Under the pieces are notes generated by a model, which ran no database searches, was not told the DNA's origin, and was given only the letters and a program-made list of their open reading frames with translations. Below are positions 27,946-38,979 of a DNA stretch of 64,000 nt, piece after piece. How positions within the stretch are numbered: the stretch's first letter is position 1; every line of letters starts with the position of its first letter. Source of the stretch: a virus. Both the position numbers and the translations under genes were made by a program. The stretch is from positions 11,883-75,882 of the IMG/VR virus record IMGVR_UViG_3300031521_000042; one strand, 5' to 3'.

Positions 27946-29649
27946 GTGAAAACCCTATTGCCTACAAAAAAAGAAAAAACAACAATATCAGTAGAGTTAT
28001 CAAATGAACAAATAGAATCGTCCCAACCAATAACATTAATTCCTACTGAAAATAAAGAATATATAGTATCAACATCAACTTATAAAAAAACACCAGATGA
28101 ATTAGATTTTGAACAAGCATCTTATAATTTTGGAACTAATCAACATTTAATAAACAAAATAGTTAGATATGAAAATCACTCATATAATACTACTCCAGAA
28201 AAATTAAATATGTTAGCACAAGGAACACAAAATCATATTCATAAGGTTTTAGAAGTTAATAGTTTAATTAAATATTATGCTAATAAAAATGATTTAGTTG
28301 GTATTGTTATAGGTACTATAGAAAATAATGTTAATACAAATTATAAAATATCATTTCCCAAATTACCTGATAATATAAAAAAGAAAAATAAATTAAAAGA
28401 TAAAGTTGATACAATTTTAAGTAATTTTATTGATAATGTTGATTTAAAACTTCAAATACGAAAAGAAGGAATGCTAACATTTACTGAAGGAACATACTTT
28501 ACATATTTAAGAAGTAATAATGATGGCACATATGGAATATCTACATATCCATTAGGATTAGTTCATTTTACTGATTATATTATTGATGGTGAACCATTGT
28601 TATATATGGATATGCTAGAGTTAAAAAGTAGATTAGCAATGACTCAAGCTAAGTATAAAACAATTAAATCTAGTTTTATTAATTTTTCAGATAATATAGA
28701 AGATGAAATACAAAAGAATTATCCACCAGAAATATATGAAGCATATAAAAATAATTATAAATGGGCAATATTAGATCCTAAAAGAACTGGTGTACATAGA
28801 ATCAATGAATTAGATGGTGTATATGGAGTATCACCTATATTTAAAGCCTTAAATGCATTACTTATGCTTGAGACAATAGATAATATAGATAGAGAAAATA
28901 TACTTGTAAGTTCAAAGAAAATATTCTATCAAAAGACTAGAAAAGAATTAATGGGAAGTGATGGACAAAAAACTAAAAACTTTGCTGAATTAAAGTTTGC
29001 ACAAGATGAATTAGTTAAAGCAATGGGACAAAAGGTTGTTATATATACTTCTCCTGCTTATGTAGAAGACTTAGAAATAAAAGAACCAAAAGCTGAATTA
29101 ACTGACCAGTCTGTAATTTTAAGATATAAAAATCAAGTATTAAATAGTTTAGGTATCTCGTTTTTAAGTAATGAATCTAAATCATCTTTTAATAGTGTAC
29201 AAGTTTCAGTTGATGAGTTATTAAAGACAGTTAATAAGATAGTTTATCAATTTGAAAATACCCTAAATAAGTATCTAAAAGTAATATGTCAAGAAAATGG
29301 TATTGATTCGGCATATATTCCAGTAATTAGTATAGAAAAATCTGAACTTATGAGTCAAGAAGCTAAATTAAAATTAGTAGAAACTTTATTTTCAAAAATG
29401 GGAGTGTCATACTCTACAATTTTTGAGATGTTAGGTATGGATTATAATACTGAGGTTGAAAGAAGAAAAGTTGAAAATGAAGACGGAATGGAAGTTATAT
29501 TTGCTCCACATGCAAATTCATTTACCTCAAATTCAAACGATTTATTGAATACTACTACCGATTCAACTACTAATTCAAATGGTTCTGAAAAGAATCAAAA
29601 CTTAGACCAAAATACAGAAAATAAAGCAAGAAAAGATGGTCAATTATAA
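27946..29649 (+). CDS. Portal protein (YonE-like)
   Basis: 567 aa directly after terL; YGVSPIFKAL motif; probable start TTG 27958. Confidence 0.75.
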   Translation: MKTLLPTKKEKTTISVELSNEQIESSQPITLIPTENKEYIVSTSTYKKTPDELDFEQASYNFGTNQHLINKIVRYENHSYNTTPEKLNMLAQGTQNHIHKVLEVNSLIKYYANKNDLVGIVIGTIENNVNTNYKISFPKLPDNIKKKNKLKDKVDTILSNFIDNVDLKLQIRKEGMLTFTEGTYFTYLRSNNDGTYGISTYPLGLVHFTDYIIDGEPLLYMDMLELKSRLAMTQAKYKTIKSSFINFSDNIEDEIQKNYPPEIYEAYKNNYKWAILDPKRTGVHRINELDGVYGVSPIFKALNALLMLETIDNIDRENILVSSKKIFYQKTRKELMGSDGQKTKNFAELKFAQDELVKAMGQKVVIYTSPAYVEDLEIKEPKAELTDQSVILRYKNQVLNSLGISFLSNESKSSFNSVQVSVDELLKTVNKIVYQFENTLNKYLKVICQENGIDSAYIPVISIEKSELMSQEAKLKLVETLFSKMGVSYSTIFEMLGMDYNTEVERRKVENEDGMEVIFAPHANSFTSNSNDLLNTTTDSTTNSNGSEKNQNLDQNTENKARKDGQL

Positions 29650-29669
29650 TAAATTACATTTGAAGGGAG

Positions 29670-31226
29670 GTGAGGAAGAAAATGGACAATAATAATTTAA
29701 TATTAAATGGTGAATTATTAGCACTTTCCTCAAATGATAATGGGGATTTAATAGCAAAATTCTTAATATGTCCTTTAGATGAATTAAATCTAAATGGAGT
29801 AGGACTAAGAGAAGATGATTTAACAGAAGATGAATTATTAGGATTAGCTACAAGACCAGTTCAATGTAAAGTGATTGATAGAAATGGAATATTAGATTTC
29901 GGTGGTCATGAAGCTAAAGTTACCTACGTTAAAGATGAAACTGGTAAATTAGTTAAGAAATATATATTTGATACTCAATCTGTTGGATATCATACAGAAG
30001 TATCCGTTGAAGATATTGAAATCAGTGGGATAACTAAAAGATGCATTGTAGCAGTAGCTTTAATTTGGGCTAGATATGAGAATGTAATTTCTGTAATTAA
30101 TAGACTAGAGACATCTTTACATACAAGTTGGGAGATAGCTTATAAAGAATATTATATGGACAATGGTGGTAAGTGGATTAAGGGATTAAATTGGTTAGGA
30201 AATGCGTTACTTGGAACTTTAATTAGTCCTGCATATGGTGACGCTGGATTGCTAGAAGTAGCAGAAGAAGATCAAGAATCCCAATTATCTAATGCAATTA
30301 TTGAAGATAATAATAAATTAAATAATAAAAATTTACAAGAAAATGAAGGAGGATTACAAATGTCAGAAAAAATTAAAGAAAATAAAAAAATAGATATAGC
30401 ATCTTTGACTAATAGAGATATATCTATAGCTGTCAGAAATGCTATATGGGAATCAGATTGCTATGGATGGTGCTATGATATAGTATTTATCTACCCATTA
30501 GAAAATAGGGTAATAATTAATTCATATGACTCTTTAGATGAGGATTTCGTAGAAATTACATATTCTATTGATGAAAATGGTGAAGTAACTTTAGGCGATG
30601 GAACATGCGTTAAAATGTTATTTATGCCACAAGCAACATATAATATGCAATGTTGTGAATTAACAGTGGCTAAAGAAAATGCAACTAAAGAATTAGATGA
30701 AGCTAATGCTACATGTAAGAAAAAAGATGAGGAAATGTCAGAATTAAAGAAAACAATAGAAACACAAAAAACTGAACTTTCTGCAAAAATCAATTCTATT
30801 GTTGATTTAGGTAAAAACATTTCCGAAAAGGAAACCGTAATTGCTGAAAAAGATGAATTACTTCAAGCTAAAGAATTAGAACTTTCTGAATTAAAACCAT
30901 TTAAAGAAGAATTAGATAAAATAAATGCAGAAAAAGAAGCAATAGAAATAGCCGAAAAGAAAGAAGCATTTAAAAATGAATACTTAGGAACTAAATTAAT
31001 TTCAGAAAAAGATTTAGAAATCGCTGAAGTTAAAGAGGCTATTGAAACTATGGACGAATCTGCAATGAAAGTATTTATAGCAGAAAAAGTTATATCAAAA
31101 GCTAAAGCTGGTAAATCTCAAATTGAGGTTTCAGAATTAAGCAAAGAACCAATAGTAGAAGTAAATTTAAGTTCAACAAATAACAATGACAAAGAATTTA
31201 GTTTTGCGGATATTAACTGGAAATAA
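29670..31226 (+). CDS. Prohead protease/scaffold fusion (YonD-like)
   Basis: N-terminal NLNGV..GGHE..LIWARY..TSWEI..PAYG protease-like domain; C-terminal Glu/Lys coiled coil. Confidence 0.7.
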   Translation: MRKKMDNNNLILNGELLALSSNDNGDLIAKFLICPLDELNLNGVGLREDDLTEDELLGLATRPVQCKVIDRNGILDFGGHEAKVTYVKDETGKLVKKYIFDTQSVGYHTEVSVEDIEISGITKRCIVAVALIWARYENVISVINRLETSLHTSWEIAYKEYYMDNGGKWIKGLNWLGNALLGTLISPAYGDAGLLEVAEEDQESQLSNAIIEDNNKLNNKNLQENEGGLQMSEKIKENKKIDIASLTNRDISIAVRNAIWESDCYGWCYDIVFIYPLENRVIINSYDSLDEDFVEITYSIDENGEVTLGDGTCVKMLFMPQATYNMQCCELTVAKENATKELDEANATCKKKDEEMSELKKTIETQKTELSAKINSIVDLGKNISEKETVIAEKDELLQAKELELSELKPFKEELDKINAEKEAIEIAEKKEAFKNEYLGTKLISEKDLEIAEVKEAIETMDESAMKVFIAEKVISKAKAGKSQIEVSELSKEPIVEVNLSSTNNNDKEFSFADINWK

Positions 31227-31323
31227 ATTAAATCAAAAAACTAAGAAGTTTGAAATATAGCTTCTTTTTTATTATAAAAAAACAAATTAAAAAATTAAAA
31301 TTATGAAAGTGAGGAAATAAATT

Positions 31324-31785
31324 ATGTTAAGAAATTTACAAACAAACGAAAATAGTGCAAGCAATGGTCAAAATACATCTACAGTAGATATGGTAAGGGG
31401 TACTTTTGTAACACTAGACGAAGCTACAAAAACTTTTAGTCCAGCTACTGGTATCGCAGGAGTAAAAATGATAGATAGAGGAACTAAGAATACTATTTCA
31501 GTATCTCAAGGTTTTGCAATATCTCCATACGATACAGACCAAGATACAATTTTAGCTGGTGAAAGAGGGTACGCTGTAGATTTAGAAGGTAGATGGGCTA
31601 CAACTCAATACGATTCAACAGTTAACGCATCCCTTGCAGTAGGTAGTTATTTAACTATTTCTGCTGGTAAATTAATTGCTTCACCATCAAACGCAGTTAC
31701 AATAATTAAGTTTATTGGATTAGTTCCTGATTGTGGACACACATTAGCTGGATTTGAAATAAATTTAACATCTAAATTAGTTTAA
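31324..31785 (+). CDS. Capsid decoration/auxiliary protein (YonC-like)
   Basis: 153-aa beta-rich protein between the scaffold and major capsid genes. Confidence 0.6.
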   Translation: MLRNLQTNENSASNGQNTSTVDMVRGTFVTLDEATKTFSPATGIAGVKMIDRGTKNTISVSQGFAISPYDTDQDTILAGERGYAVDLEGRWATTQYDSTVNASLAVGSYLTISAGKLIASPSNAVTIIKFIGLVPDCGHTLAGFEINLTSKLV

Positions 31786-31809
31786 TAGAGAAAGAGGAGG
31801 AAATATAAT

Positions 31810-32802
31810 ATGAATATAGAAATTTCACAATACATGACAAACCGAGGAACTATGTACGAATGGGCAACTAAAGTAGTAGGTAAAAAGGAATTATCACCAG
31901 AACAAATAGCAATTTCAGAATCAGTAAATAAATTTGCATTAGAAATTGCAAATAGTGGATTAGGTAATATGGCTTTATCTGAATATTTACAAAGAGTCGT
32001 ACAAGAACAAATATACGATGAACCATCTGAATTATTAGATATAATGTTTAATCAAGGTTCAATCGGTGAATTTGACAATTATGATTCAATTGGTACATAT
32101 AAAAATTACCTATTAGCACACGAAGTTTCTGAAAGAGGCGGAAGTGTTGATAAATCTTATGTAGATTTTAGTAGATACACAATGAAACATACAAATTTAC
32201 AAGTTGAGACACAATTAAGATATGATGACTTAAGAAGAGACGGAGCAATGACTATTGCACAATTAACAATTTATGCAATCGAATCATTACAAAATAAAAA
32301 GTTCCAATCAATATTCTCTACTATTAATTCATTATTAGTATCAGGTGCAAATGTATTTGATGCAACAGGTGGATTAACTGTTCAATTAATGGATGACTTT
32401 GCTGGATATGTAACAGACCATTCATTTACAGGACAACAATTAATTACTGGATTGACTACAGATTTAAGAGACATTAAGAATATGCCAGGATATTCAGATT
32501 TCTTATCTAATAACATGAAGGACGCTTTAAATATGGGTACTGGTATACTTAATGTTTATAATGGTGTTCCATTAGCTCAAATTTCTGCTGGTAAATTATT
32601 AGCAGACGGAAGCACTTTAGTTCCAGCAAAGACAGTTTATGGATTCTCAGATAAGATTGGACAATGTGATATGAGAGGACAATTAAGAGTATTACAAACT
32701 CCAAACAATCCAAAAGAATTAATAGACTTGAAATTCACTGGATATGAGTTTATTTATGCAATAGATAAACTAGAAAAAGTTGCAAAAATTAAAGTAAAAT
32801 AA
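31810..32802 (+). CDS. Major capsid protein (YonB-like)
   Basis: 330 aa, position in the head module, apparent high-expression codon usage. Confidence 0.75.
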   Translation: MNIEISQYMTNRGTMYEWATKVVGKKELSPEQIAISESVNKFALEIANSGLGNMALSEYLQRVVQEQIYDEPSELLDIMFNQGSIGEFDNYDSIGTYKNYLLAHEVSERGGSVDKSYVDFSRYTMKHTNLQVETQLRYDDLRRDGAMTIAQLTIYAIESLQNKKFQSIFSTINSLLVSGANVFDATGGLTVQLMDDFAGYVTDHSFTGQQLITGLTTDLRDIKNMPGYSDFLSNNMKDALNMGTGILNVYNGVPLAQISAGKLLADGSTLVPAKTVYGFSDKIGQCDMRGQLRVLQTPNNPKELIDLKFTGYEFIYAIDKLEKVAKIKVK

Positions 32803-32864
32803 TAAATTAAAAATAAATGGGAAGATTAATTTCTTCCCTAAATTATGAAATGGAGAGAATAACA

Positions 32865-33452
32865 ATGATAAATAAAAAAGAAGAATTTGAAGTATTAAAT
32901 TATTATGATTACCCTAGATATCTTCCTAGCATTGAAGGTTTAGGATATAAAATTAATGGTCAAGTAGAAGGAGATGCTGGTTTTGAATTTGTAACATTTA
33001 ATGATTTAAGAACAATAAATCAAAAATCAGAAGCATTTAGAAATGGTACTTTGGAATTTACAGAAGATTATAAAGATGAACTGTATAAGGAACTAAGAAT
33101 AGATATAAATAATAACAATTATTTTACTAGAAGAATGATTGAAGACGTTATATTAGATCCAAATGATGAAAAAATTACAAAAATAGTAAATATAACAAGT
33201 AAAGATACAATGGACAATTTTAGAAGAATATTAGTTAAGCTTACTAATGATAATGAATATGACATTAGTAATAGAGTTAGAGAATATATAGATGCTAGAG
33301 AGCATGAACTACATAATAAAATTACAAAAAGTATGTTACCAATTCCAAAGAGTAAAGTTTATGTGCCAGTAAAAGAAGAAAATATTGAAATAGCAGTAGT
33401 TCCAGAAGGAAAAGAAAATAAAGTGAAAGCTAAAAAGACTGTAACTGAGTAA
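32865..33452 (+). CDS. Head-associated protein (YonA-like)
   Basis: Follows the major capsid gene; start moved to ATG 32865, after SD ggag. Confidence 0.55.
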   Translation: MINKKEEFEVLNYYDYPRYLPSIEGLGYKINGQVEGDAGFEFVTFNDLRTINQKSEAFRNGTLEFTEDYKDELYKELRIDINNNNYFTRRMIEDVILDPNDEKITKIVNITSKDTMDNFRRILVKLTNDNEYDISNRVREYIDAREHELHNKITKSMLPIPKSKVYVPVKEENIEIAVVPEGKENKVKAKKTVTE

Positions 33453-33486
33453 AGATAGAGTTAATAATCTCTATCTTTTTATTTTT
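33452..33486 (+). terminator. Intrinsic terminator
   Basis: aagatagag-ttaataat-ctctatctt followed by a T-run. Confidence 0.65.
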
Positions 33487-33504
33487 GAAAGGAGAGACGA
33501 GATT

Positions 33505-33975
33505 ATGGTAAATACACCTTATCAAGATGTAGTAATTAAATTCATAAAAAAGATAAAGCAAGATGTAAAATTCTTCATGTATAATGGATTATCAGCAGAT
33601 GAAATAGAAGCTATCGTTAATCAACGGTCATTGGAATTATTAGATTCTGCTTGTGATGAGATAGAGTCACAATTAGACCAATTAACATTATCAAATAGAG
33701 ATGATGTATTAGAATGTTTTGATGATGAATTAACAAGAATGGAAATAGATACAATTTCAGATATGATGAAAATTATTTATATGAGAGAGCCTATATTAAA
33801 ATTAAATAAATTACAAACTTATATAGGAACAGATATTAAGACATGGAGTCCTCCAGATGAAAGAAGAACTTATTTAGGACTATTAAATGACATAGAAAAT
33901 AAAATGCAAATAAAAATAGATAGATGTAATTCTATAGATAGAACTACAGGAAAGCAAAGGTCTTTATATGACTAG
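33505..33975 (+). CDS. Putative head-tail connector/adaptor
   Basis: Helical 156-aa protein in the neck position (TPYQDV..F..KIK start). Confidence 0.55.
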   Translation: MVNTPYQDVVIKFIKKIKQDVKFFMYNGLSADEIEAIVNQRSLELLDSACDEIESQLDQLTLSNRDDVLECFDDELTRMEIDTISDMMKIIYMREPILKLNKLQTYIGTDIKTWSPPDERRTYLGLLNDIENKMQIKIDRCNSIDRTTGKQRSLYD

Positions 33976-35299
33976 TAGTTTAAGTGATGTAATTAATTAC
34001 TGTGGAATAATTAATGGCTCTAAAGGTTTTAATGATACAAAAACACAACTAATAAGTGAAATTACACAAGATTATAATACTGCAAGACAAGATACAATAT
34101 ATAGGTTTGATGTAGTAGTAAATTCTATAGATGGAAAAGATATTTATATTAATGAAGCTACAACTCCAATTAAAGGAGTAATTGATATATCAAGAAAACA
34201 AACTGCTGATACTGAAATGGAAGAAAGACTACAAGTATATCCTAATTTAATTAAACGTGGAGATTATATTAAGTTTAAAGTTAATGATACTGATACACTT
34301 AGAACATATCTTATTAAATCTAAAATAGATAAAAAGCATGGATATGATGAAGGTATATTTGAAGAATGTAATTATGATGTAAAATTCATAGTTGATAATA
34401 CTTTATATACTATTCCAGCAATTGTGACGAATAATACGAAATATACATTAGGAATAAAAAGCATTGGTGGAAGTTCTATAATTGAGGGAGATGGAATGTT
34501 TGGATTAGTACTCTCAAATAATGATACATCAAGACTGATAAAAATAGATCAAAGATTTATAGTAAATGGTCAGGCTTGGAAAGCAACACAAACAGATAGA
34601 GTTACTACCAAAGGTGTATTAGCCGTATTACTTGGAGAAACAGCCATAAATTATGAAACAGATGATATGGTTTTAGGTATTGCTGATTATAAAACTGTAA
34701 TACCACACACATATACTTATAACATTCCGACTACATTTGAATTAACTAATGGTACATCAGCTAATTTAGTATATTCTATCAAAGATGAGACAGGTCAAGA
34801 TATTGATTATAGTGGAGTTGCTGTAACAAGTAGTAGTGCTTTAATTAATATTACTAATACTAATGGAGTTATATCAATTTCAGGAGTAGATATTGGTACA
34901 AATAGTATGAAATTATCTGTTACATTAGGTGGAGTATTGAAAGAATTTGATATTGCATTTGAAGTTAAAACAGATGTTATTGCCCCTATTATAAGTTATT
35001 CAACTAACTTTAGTCAAAGTATTACTGCTTTAAAAACTTATATGACAAATGTATTATCCGTTTCAAAATTATCAAATGGAGTTATAGATAATTCATTACA
35101 AATAAATTATAGTTTTGATGCTAATACACAAACTTTAATTTTACAAAATAAGATAATAGTAACTGCTAAGAGTCCTTCGAGTATTTCAATTAAAAATACG
35201 TCAATTACAAGTCCAACAGATATTTATTTAACTGTAAGTGACAGTTCTAATGGTATTAAAATATTAGATACTCAAAAAATTACACTTGTGGGAATGTAA
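33968..35299 (+). CDS. Putative head-closure/neck protein with C-terminal Ig-like extension
   Basis: Neck-type domains IKRGDYI..EECN..IDQRFIVNGQAWKAT; beta-rich C-terminus. Confidence 0.55.
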   Translation: MTSSLSDVINYCGIINGSKGFNDTKTQLISEITQDYNTARQDTIYRFDVVVNSIDGKDIYINEATTPIKGVIDISRKQTADTEMEERLQVYPNLIKRGDYIKFKVNDTDTLRTYLIKSKIDKKHGYDEGIFEECNYDVKFIVDNTLYTIPAIVTNNTKYTLGIKSIGGSSIIEGDGMFGLVLSNNDTSRLIKIDQRFIVNGQAWKATQTDRVTTKGVLAVLLGETAINYETDDMVLGIADYKTVIPHTYTYNIPTTFELTNGTSANLVYSIKDETGQDIDYSGVAVTSSSALINITNTNGVISISGVDIGTNSMKLSVTLGGVLKEFDIAFEVKTDVIAPIISYSTNFSQSITALKTYMTNVLSVSKLSNGVIDNSLQINYSFDANTQTLILQNKIIVTAKSPSSISIKNTSITSPTDIYLTVSDSSNGIKILDTQKITLVGM

Positions 35300-35436
35300 T
35301 GTAAAAACAAATTAATGTATAAATAAGAGTTGATAAATCAGTTCTTTTATTGGGTTTTTAGGTTTTAAGAATGGGGCTATAACTGGGTTTGTAAAATATA
35401 AAATATAAAATTAATATATGGAGGTGGTAGTAAATT

Positions 35437-36288
35437 ATGAGTACATTGGATGAATTGCAATCAATACAAGAATTAGATAAATTCAATATATATAAAGATT
35501 ATATTAAAAATTTTATACTTACATCAGAAAATTTATGGAAAATTATTTACCATTCAACTTCAAATCCTTTAGATAAAGAGTATGGTGAAAATCCATATAG
35601 TATTTTTAAAAACGAGAAGGACTCAAAACATGGAGTAGTCTTATTTAAAGATAAAAATGATGTTATATTAAACTCAGAAACAGTAAATATATTAATAAAT
35701 TTTTCTTCAGAAACGTCAGAAGATAGTGATTGTATAAATACAATTTTTATTAAGTATAGTGTAATTCTAAAAGGAGTTAATATACAAACGCTTGCTGATA
35801 ATTCATCAAGAGCATATAAAATTTGTGAATTAATTGATGAACAGTTTAATCATGTAAATGTTACTACTGCTGGAAAAATAAAAAAGGTGTCATTCAATAA
35901 TGAATCTATAAATGAGGAAAATAGTAGTTTTAAATTAATATATAAGAGTATAGTTTCAAATTACGCTGATACAATTCAAATATATTCACACCAACAATTA
36001 GATGATGAATGGGGAATAGCTAGAGAAAGTTATAATTTAGTATCAACAACTGTTCCTATTTTAGTTGATATTCATAGACCAAATGATGAAGATAAGAAAA
36101 CTCAGCAATATCATGGTTATGATTTAGAAGTTTCAAGAATAATGATTTGTGACACTAACCTTGGAATTACTGAAAGTACAATAATTAAATATAATGATGA
36201 ATATTATAGAATTCAAAAGATTATTAAATATGAAGATTATTGGAATTGCTCATTAATAATTACTCATAATGCAATTATTAATACATAG
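35437..36288 (+). CDS. Two-domain neck protein (SPbeta-like tail-completion domain plus head-closure-like domain)
   Basis: N-half contains RAYKICELIDEQFN; C-half TIQIY..DDEWG..IKYNDEYYRIQKI resembles SPP1 gp16-type stoppers. Confidence 0.5.
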   Translation: MSTLDELQSIQELDKFNIYKDYIKNFILTSENLWKIIYHSTSNPLDKEYGENPYSIFKNEKDSKHGVVLFKDKNDVILNSETVNILINFSSETSEDSDCINTIFIKYSVILKGVNIQTLADNSSRAYKICELIDEQFNHVNVTTAGKIKKVSFNNESINEENSSFKLIYKSIVSNYADTIQIYSHQQLDDEWGIARESYNLVSTTVPILVDIHRPNDEDKKTQQYHGYDLEVSRIMICDTNLGITESTIIKYNDEYYRIQKIIKYEDYWNCSLIITHNAIINT

Positions 36289-36328
36289 TTAAAATATAAA
36301 ATAAATTAATATAAAGAGGTGATTATTA

Positions 36329-36754
36329 ATGAGTAATTCAATTGATGGATTAAAAGAATTTAAACAATTTCTTGATAGAGTAGATAAAAAAGTAGATGAT
36401 GCTATAGAAAATGCACTCGAAGAAACAGGAAAACAATGTGCAGAAGATGCTTCTAATAATTCACCCATAGATACAGGGACATTGCGAGACTCTTGGGAAG
36501 TAGTAAAGAATGAGGACAAAAGAGGTACGCACGCCATGACGGTCTGGAGTGATATTGGTATTGTTTATACGAATCCCAAACATACAAACAATCCTAGATA
36601 TTATAGCCATTTAATAGAAAATGGATTTATTATGAGAAATGGTAAATATTATAGGGGAAAACATATGCTTAAAAAAGCTTTTTCTAATTGTAAAAGAAAT
36701 TTAAAAGCAAATCTACGTAAAGAGTTAGGAAGTGCATTCACTAATGAAGGTTAA
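36329..36754 (+). CDS. HK97 gp10-family neck protein
   Basis: SPIDTGTLRDSW and YYSHLIENG..G.HML.KA motifs. Confidence 0.85.
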   Translation: MSNSIDGLKEFKQFLDRVDKKVDDAIENALEETGKQCAEDASNNSPIDTGTLRDSWEVVKNEDKRGTHAMTVWSDIGIVYTNPKHTNNPRYYSHLIENGFIMRNGKYYRGKHMLKKAFSNCKRNLKANLRKELGSAFTNEG

Positions 36755-37205
36755 TTATGTAGATATATTATTATGTACTGCTAAAATGTTAAAAACAAAA
36801 TATCCAACCTATAATATTTACGTTGATGAAAATGAACAATATATTACAATACCTAGTTTTTTTATAGAAGTTGTTCCTATGAAGATAGAAGAAAAATTAG
36901 ATACCACAAAATATAAAGCAGTTAATATAATAATTGAATATATAGATATAAAAGCAAAAAAACAAGATAAATTACAAATGATAGATGATTTAAATGACTT
37001 AATTGGCAAAGGAATTTCCGTAGTTCGTTCTGATGGAAAAAGTAGAACATTACCAGTTTTTGATAAAAAACCAACACTTGCTGACGCAACTATAATGCTT
37101 GTTACACTAGAATATTTTGATGGACAAGCAGAACCACAAACTAAAGAAGCTGATAGAACCTATGATGAACTCATGGGCATATTATCTTTAAATATAAAAG
37201 AGTAA
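36744..37205 (+). CDS. Tail terminator/completion protein
   Basis: KYPTYNIY.DE..Q....PSFFI motif of clostridial myovirus tail terminators; start probably ATG 36744. Confidence 0.65.
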   Translation: MKVNYVDILLCTAKMLKTKYPTYNIYVDENEQYITIPSFFIEVVPMKIEEKLDTTKYKAVNIIIEYIDIKAKKQDKLQMIDDLNDLIGKGISVVRSDGKSRTLPVFDKKPTLADATIMLVTLEYFDGQAEPQTKEADRTYDELMGILSLNIKE

Positions 37206-37241
37206 TAATTTAAATTACAAAATAGAAAGGAATGATGAATA

Positions 37242-38417
37242 TTGAGTACTTCAAATACTATGAGTAAATTAACCTTTTCTCTAGAAGCATTAGTTAATTC
37301 AGTTTCAACTAGAGCTGAAAGAGGAACGCTTCTAATTGTTATTGATGATAAAAACGTACAAGGTTTATATACTTATAAAAAATTAAAAAAAGTAACGGAT
37401 AATTGGGAATCAGTAAATAAAGCTTATATTTCTACTGCATTTTCTACATATGGAGTAAAAACTGTAATAGTCGCTTCAGCACACGTAGATGCAGATTCAA
37501 CTGTTAATGGTGCTGATAACATAACAAAATCTTTACCAACTGCATTAGCTTTGCTTAATAAAGTATATGAAAATGGTTGGTTAGTTACACCACAAGTAAC
37601 ATCTGATAGTGATAAAATTATAGTAACAAATTTCATAAAAACACAAAGAAGTGATGAAGATTATCCATTGAAAGGAGTTGTTTTCAATCATGCTTCAGAT
37701 AGTGAAGGTATTGTAAATTTCACAGCTTCTAATTTAGAAAATACAATAACAACAAATACAACTGTGAATACTGCAACTGTAGATGGTTCTAACGTAAGTG
37801 GTACAACCGTAGAAAGCGTATCTTCGAATAGTTACATAGTAGATGTAGCAAGTTATCTTTGTACATTAGGGGGGAATGAATCTATTACTAATCATACTGC
37901 TAAAAATGTTACTTCATGTGATATTAAAACTGACGAAGACACTTGTGTATCAAATGGACAATTGTTTCTTTATAATAATGGTTCTAATATTGTATTCTCA
38001 AGGGGTGTAAACTCAAAACAAACTATTGGTACAAACGAATCAGAAGCACTTACTAAAATAAGAGTTGTCGAAGTCATTGATATGGTTAAAAGTGATCTTA
38101 GAGAAATGTTTTATAATAATTACATAGGTAAAATAGGAAATAGTTATGCTAATCGAAAAACGCTTGTAGCAGTATTAAATACTTATTTAAAAGGATTAAG
38201 TACACAAGGGTATTTAAGTAATGACAGTACTTCATATTGTGAATTAGATATTGATTCAACAAAAACATATTTGGAAGCACAAGGAACAGATACAGATGAT
38301 ATGGCAGATAGTGATGTATTAAAAGCAAAAATAGATACACATGTCTTTATTAAAGTAAAACTTTACATAATGGATGTAGTGGAAGATATTTCCATTGTAC
38401 TTCAATATGAGACTTAA
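37242..38417 (+). CDS. Contractile tail sheath protein (XkdK-like)
   Basis: ERG, DSEGIVNF, ESIT, RGVNS, KIRVVEVIDMV..D, YIGK..N.Y motifs. Confidence 0.9.
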   Translation: MSTSNTMSKLTFSLEALVNSVSTRAERGTLLIVIDDKNVQGLYTYKKLKKVTDNWESVNKAYISTAFSTYGVKTVIVASAHVDADSTVNGADNITKSLPTALALLNKVYENGWLVTPQVTSDSDKIIVTNFIKTQRSDEDYPLKGVVFNHASDSEGIVNFTASNLENTITTNTTVNTATVDGSNVSGTTVESVSSNSYIVDVASYLCTLGGNESITNHTAKNVTSCDIKTDEDTCVSNGQLFLYNNGSNIVFSRGVNSKQTIGTNESEALTKIRVVEVIDMVKSDLREMFYNNYIGKIGNSYANRKTLVAVLNTYLKGLSTQGYLSNDSTSYCELDIDSTKTYLEAQGTDTDDMADSDVLKAKIDTHVFIKVKLYIMDVVEDISIVLQYET

Positions 38418-38456
38418 AAAACAAATTAAATTATAAAAAGAAAGGATGATGAATAT

Positions 38457-38939
38457 ATGTCCACTGTTGGAACTACAATTAATCCTAATGATGTAATTCT
38501 AAGTAATCATGGTTATATGAAAATAGATGATATAGAGATAGCTGAATTAAAAGACTTAGAAATAAAATTAACTCCTGATACAAAGGAAATTGCCCTAATG
38601 AATTCTGCAACCAAGGGAGAAGTTAATGTAAGTTATAAAGGATCAATTACTTTTGAAATTAATAAAGTATATTCAAGATTTAAACCAGCAATACTTGAGT
38701 GTGCTAAATCATTACAACCATTTACATTTTCGCTTGAATCTACTGTTTATAAATCAGATGAATCGGGAGAAGAAACCATTTACATTGAAAAAGCATGGAT
38801 TAAAGGCGATATAAATTTATTTTCTTTAAAATCAGATAATGATTTTCTAACTGAAAAATATGAAGCTGGATTTAAAATAGAATCAGCTGATTTTATTGAC
38901 ACAATTGATGATGGAGAAGATGATTGGGCGTCTTTATAA
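38457..38939 (+). CDS. Tail tube protein (XkdM-like)
   Basis: VI...HG....D...IAE..KGSITF...KVYSRF; follows the sheath gene. Confidence 0.85.
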   Translation: MSTVGTTINPNDVILSNHGYMKIDDIEIAELKDLEIKLTPDTKEIALMNSATKGEVNVSYKGSITFEINKVYSRFKPAILECAKSLQPFTFSLESTVYKSDESGEETIYIEKAWIKGDINLFSLKSDNDFLTEKYEAGFKIESADFIDTIDDGEDDWASL

Positions 38940-38979
38940 TAAAATAAAAATAATAAAAGAGAGAAAAGGAGATTAAATT

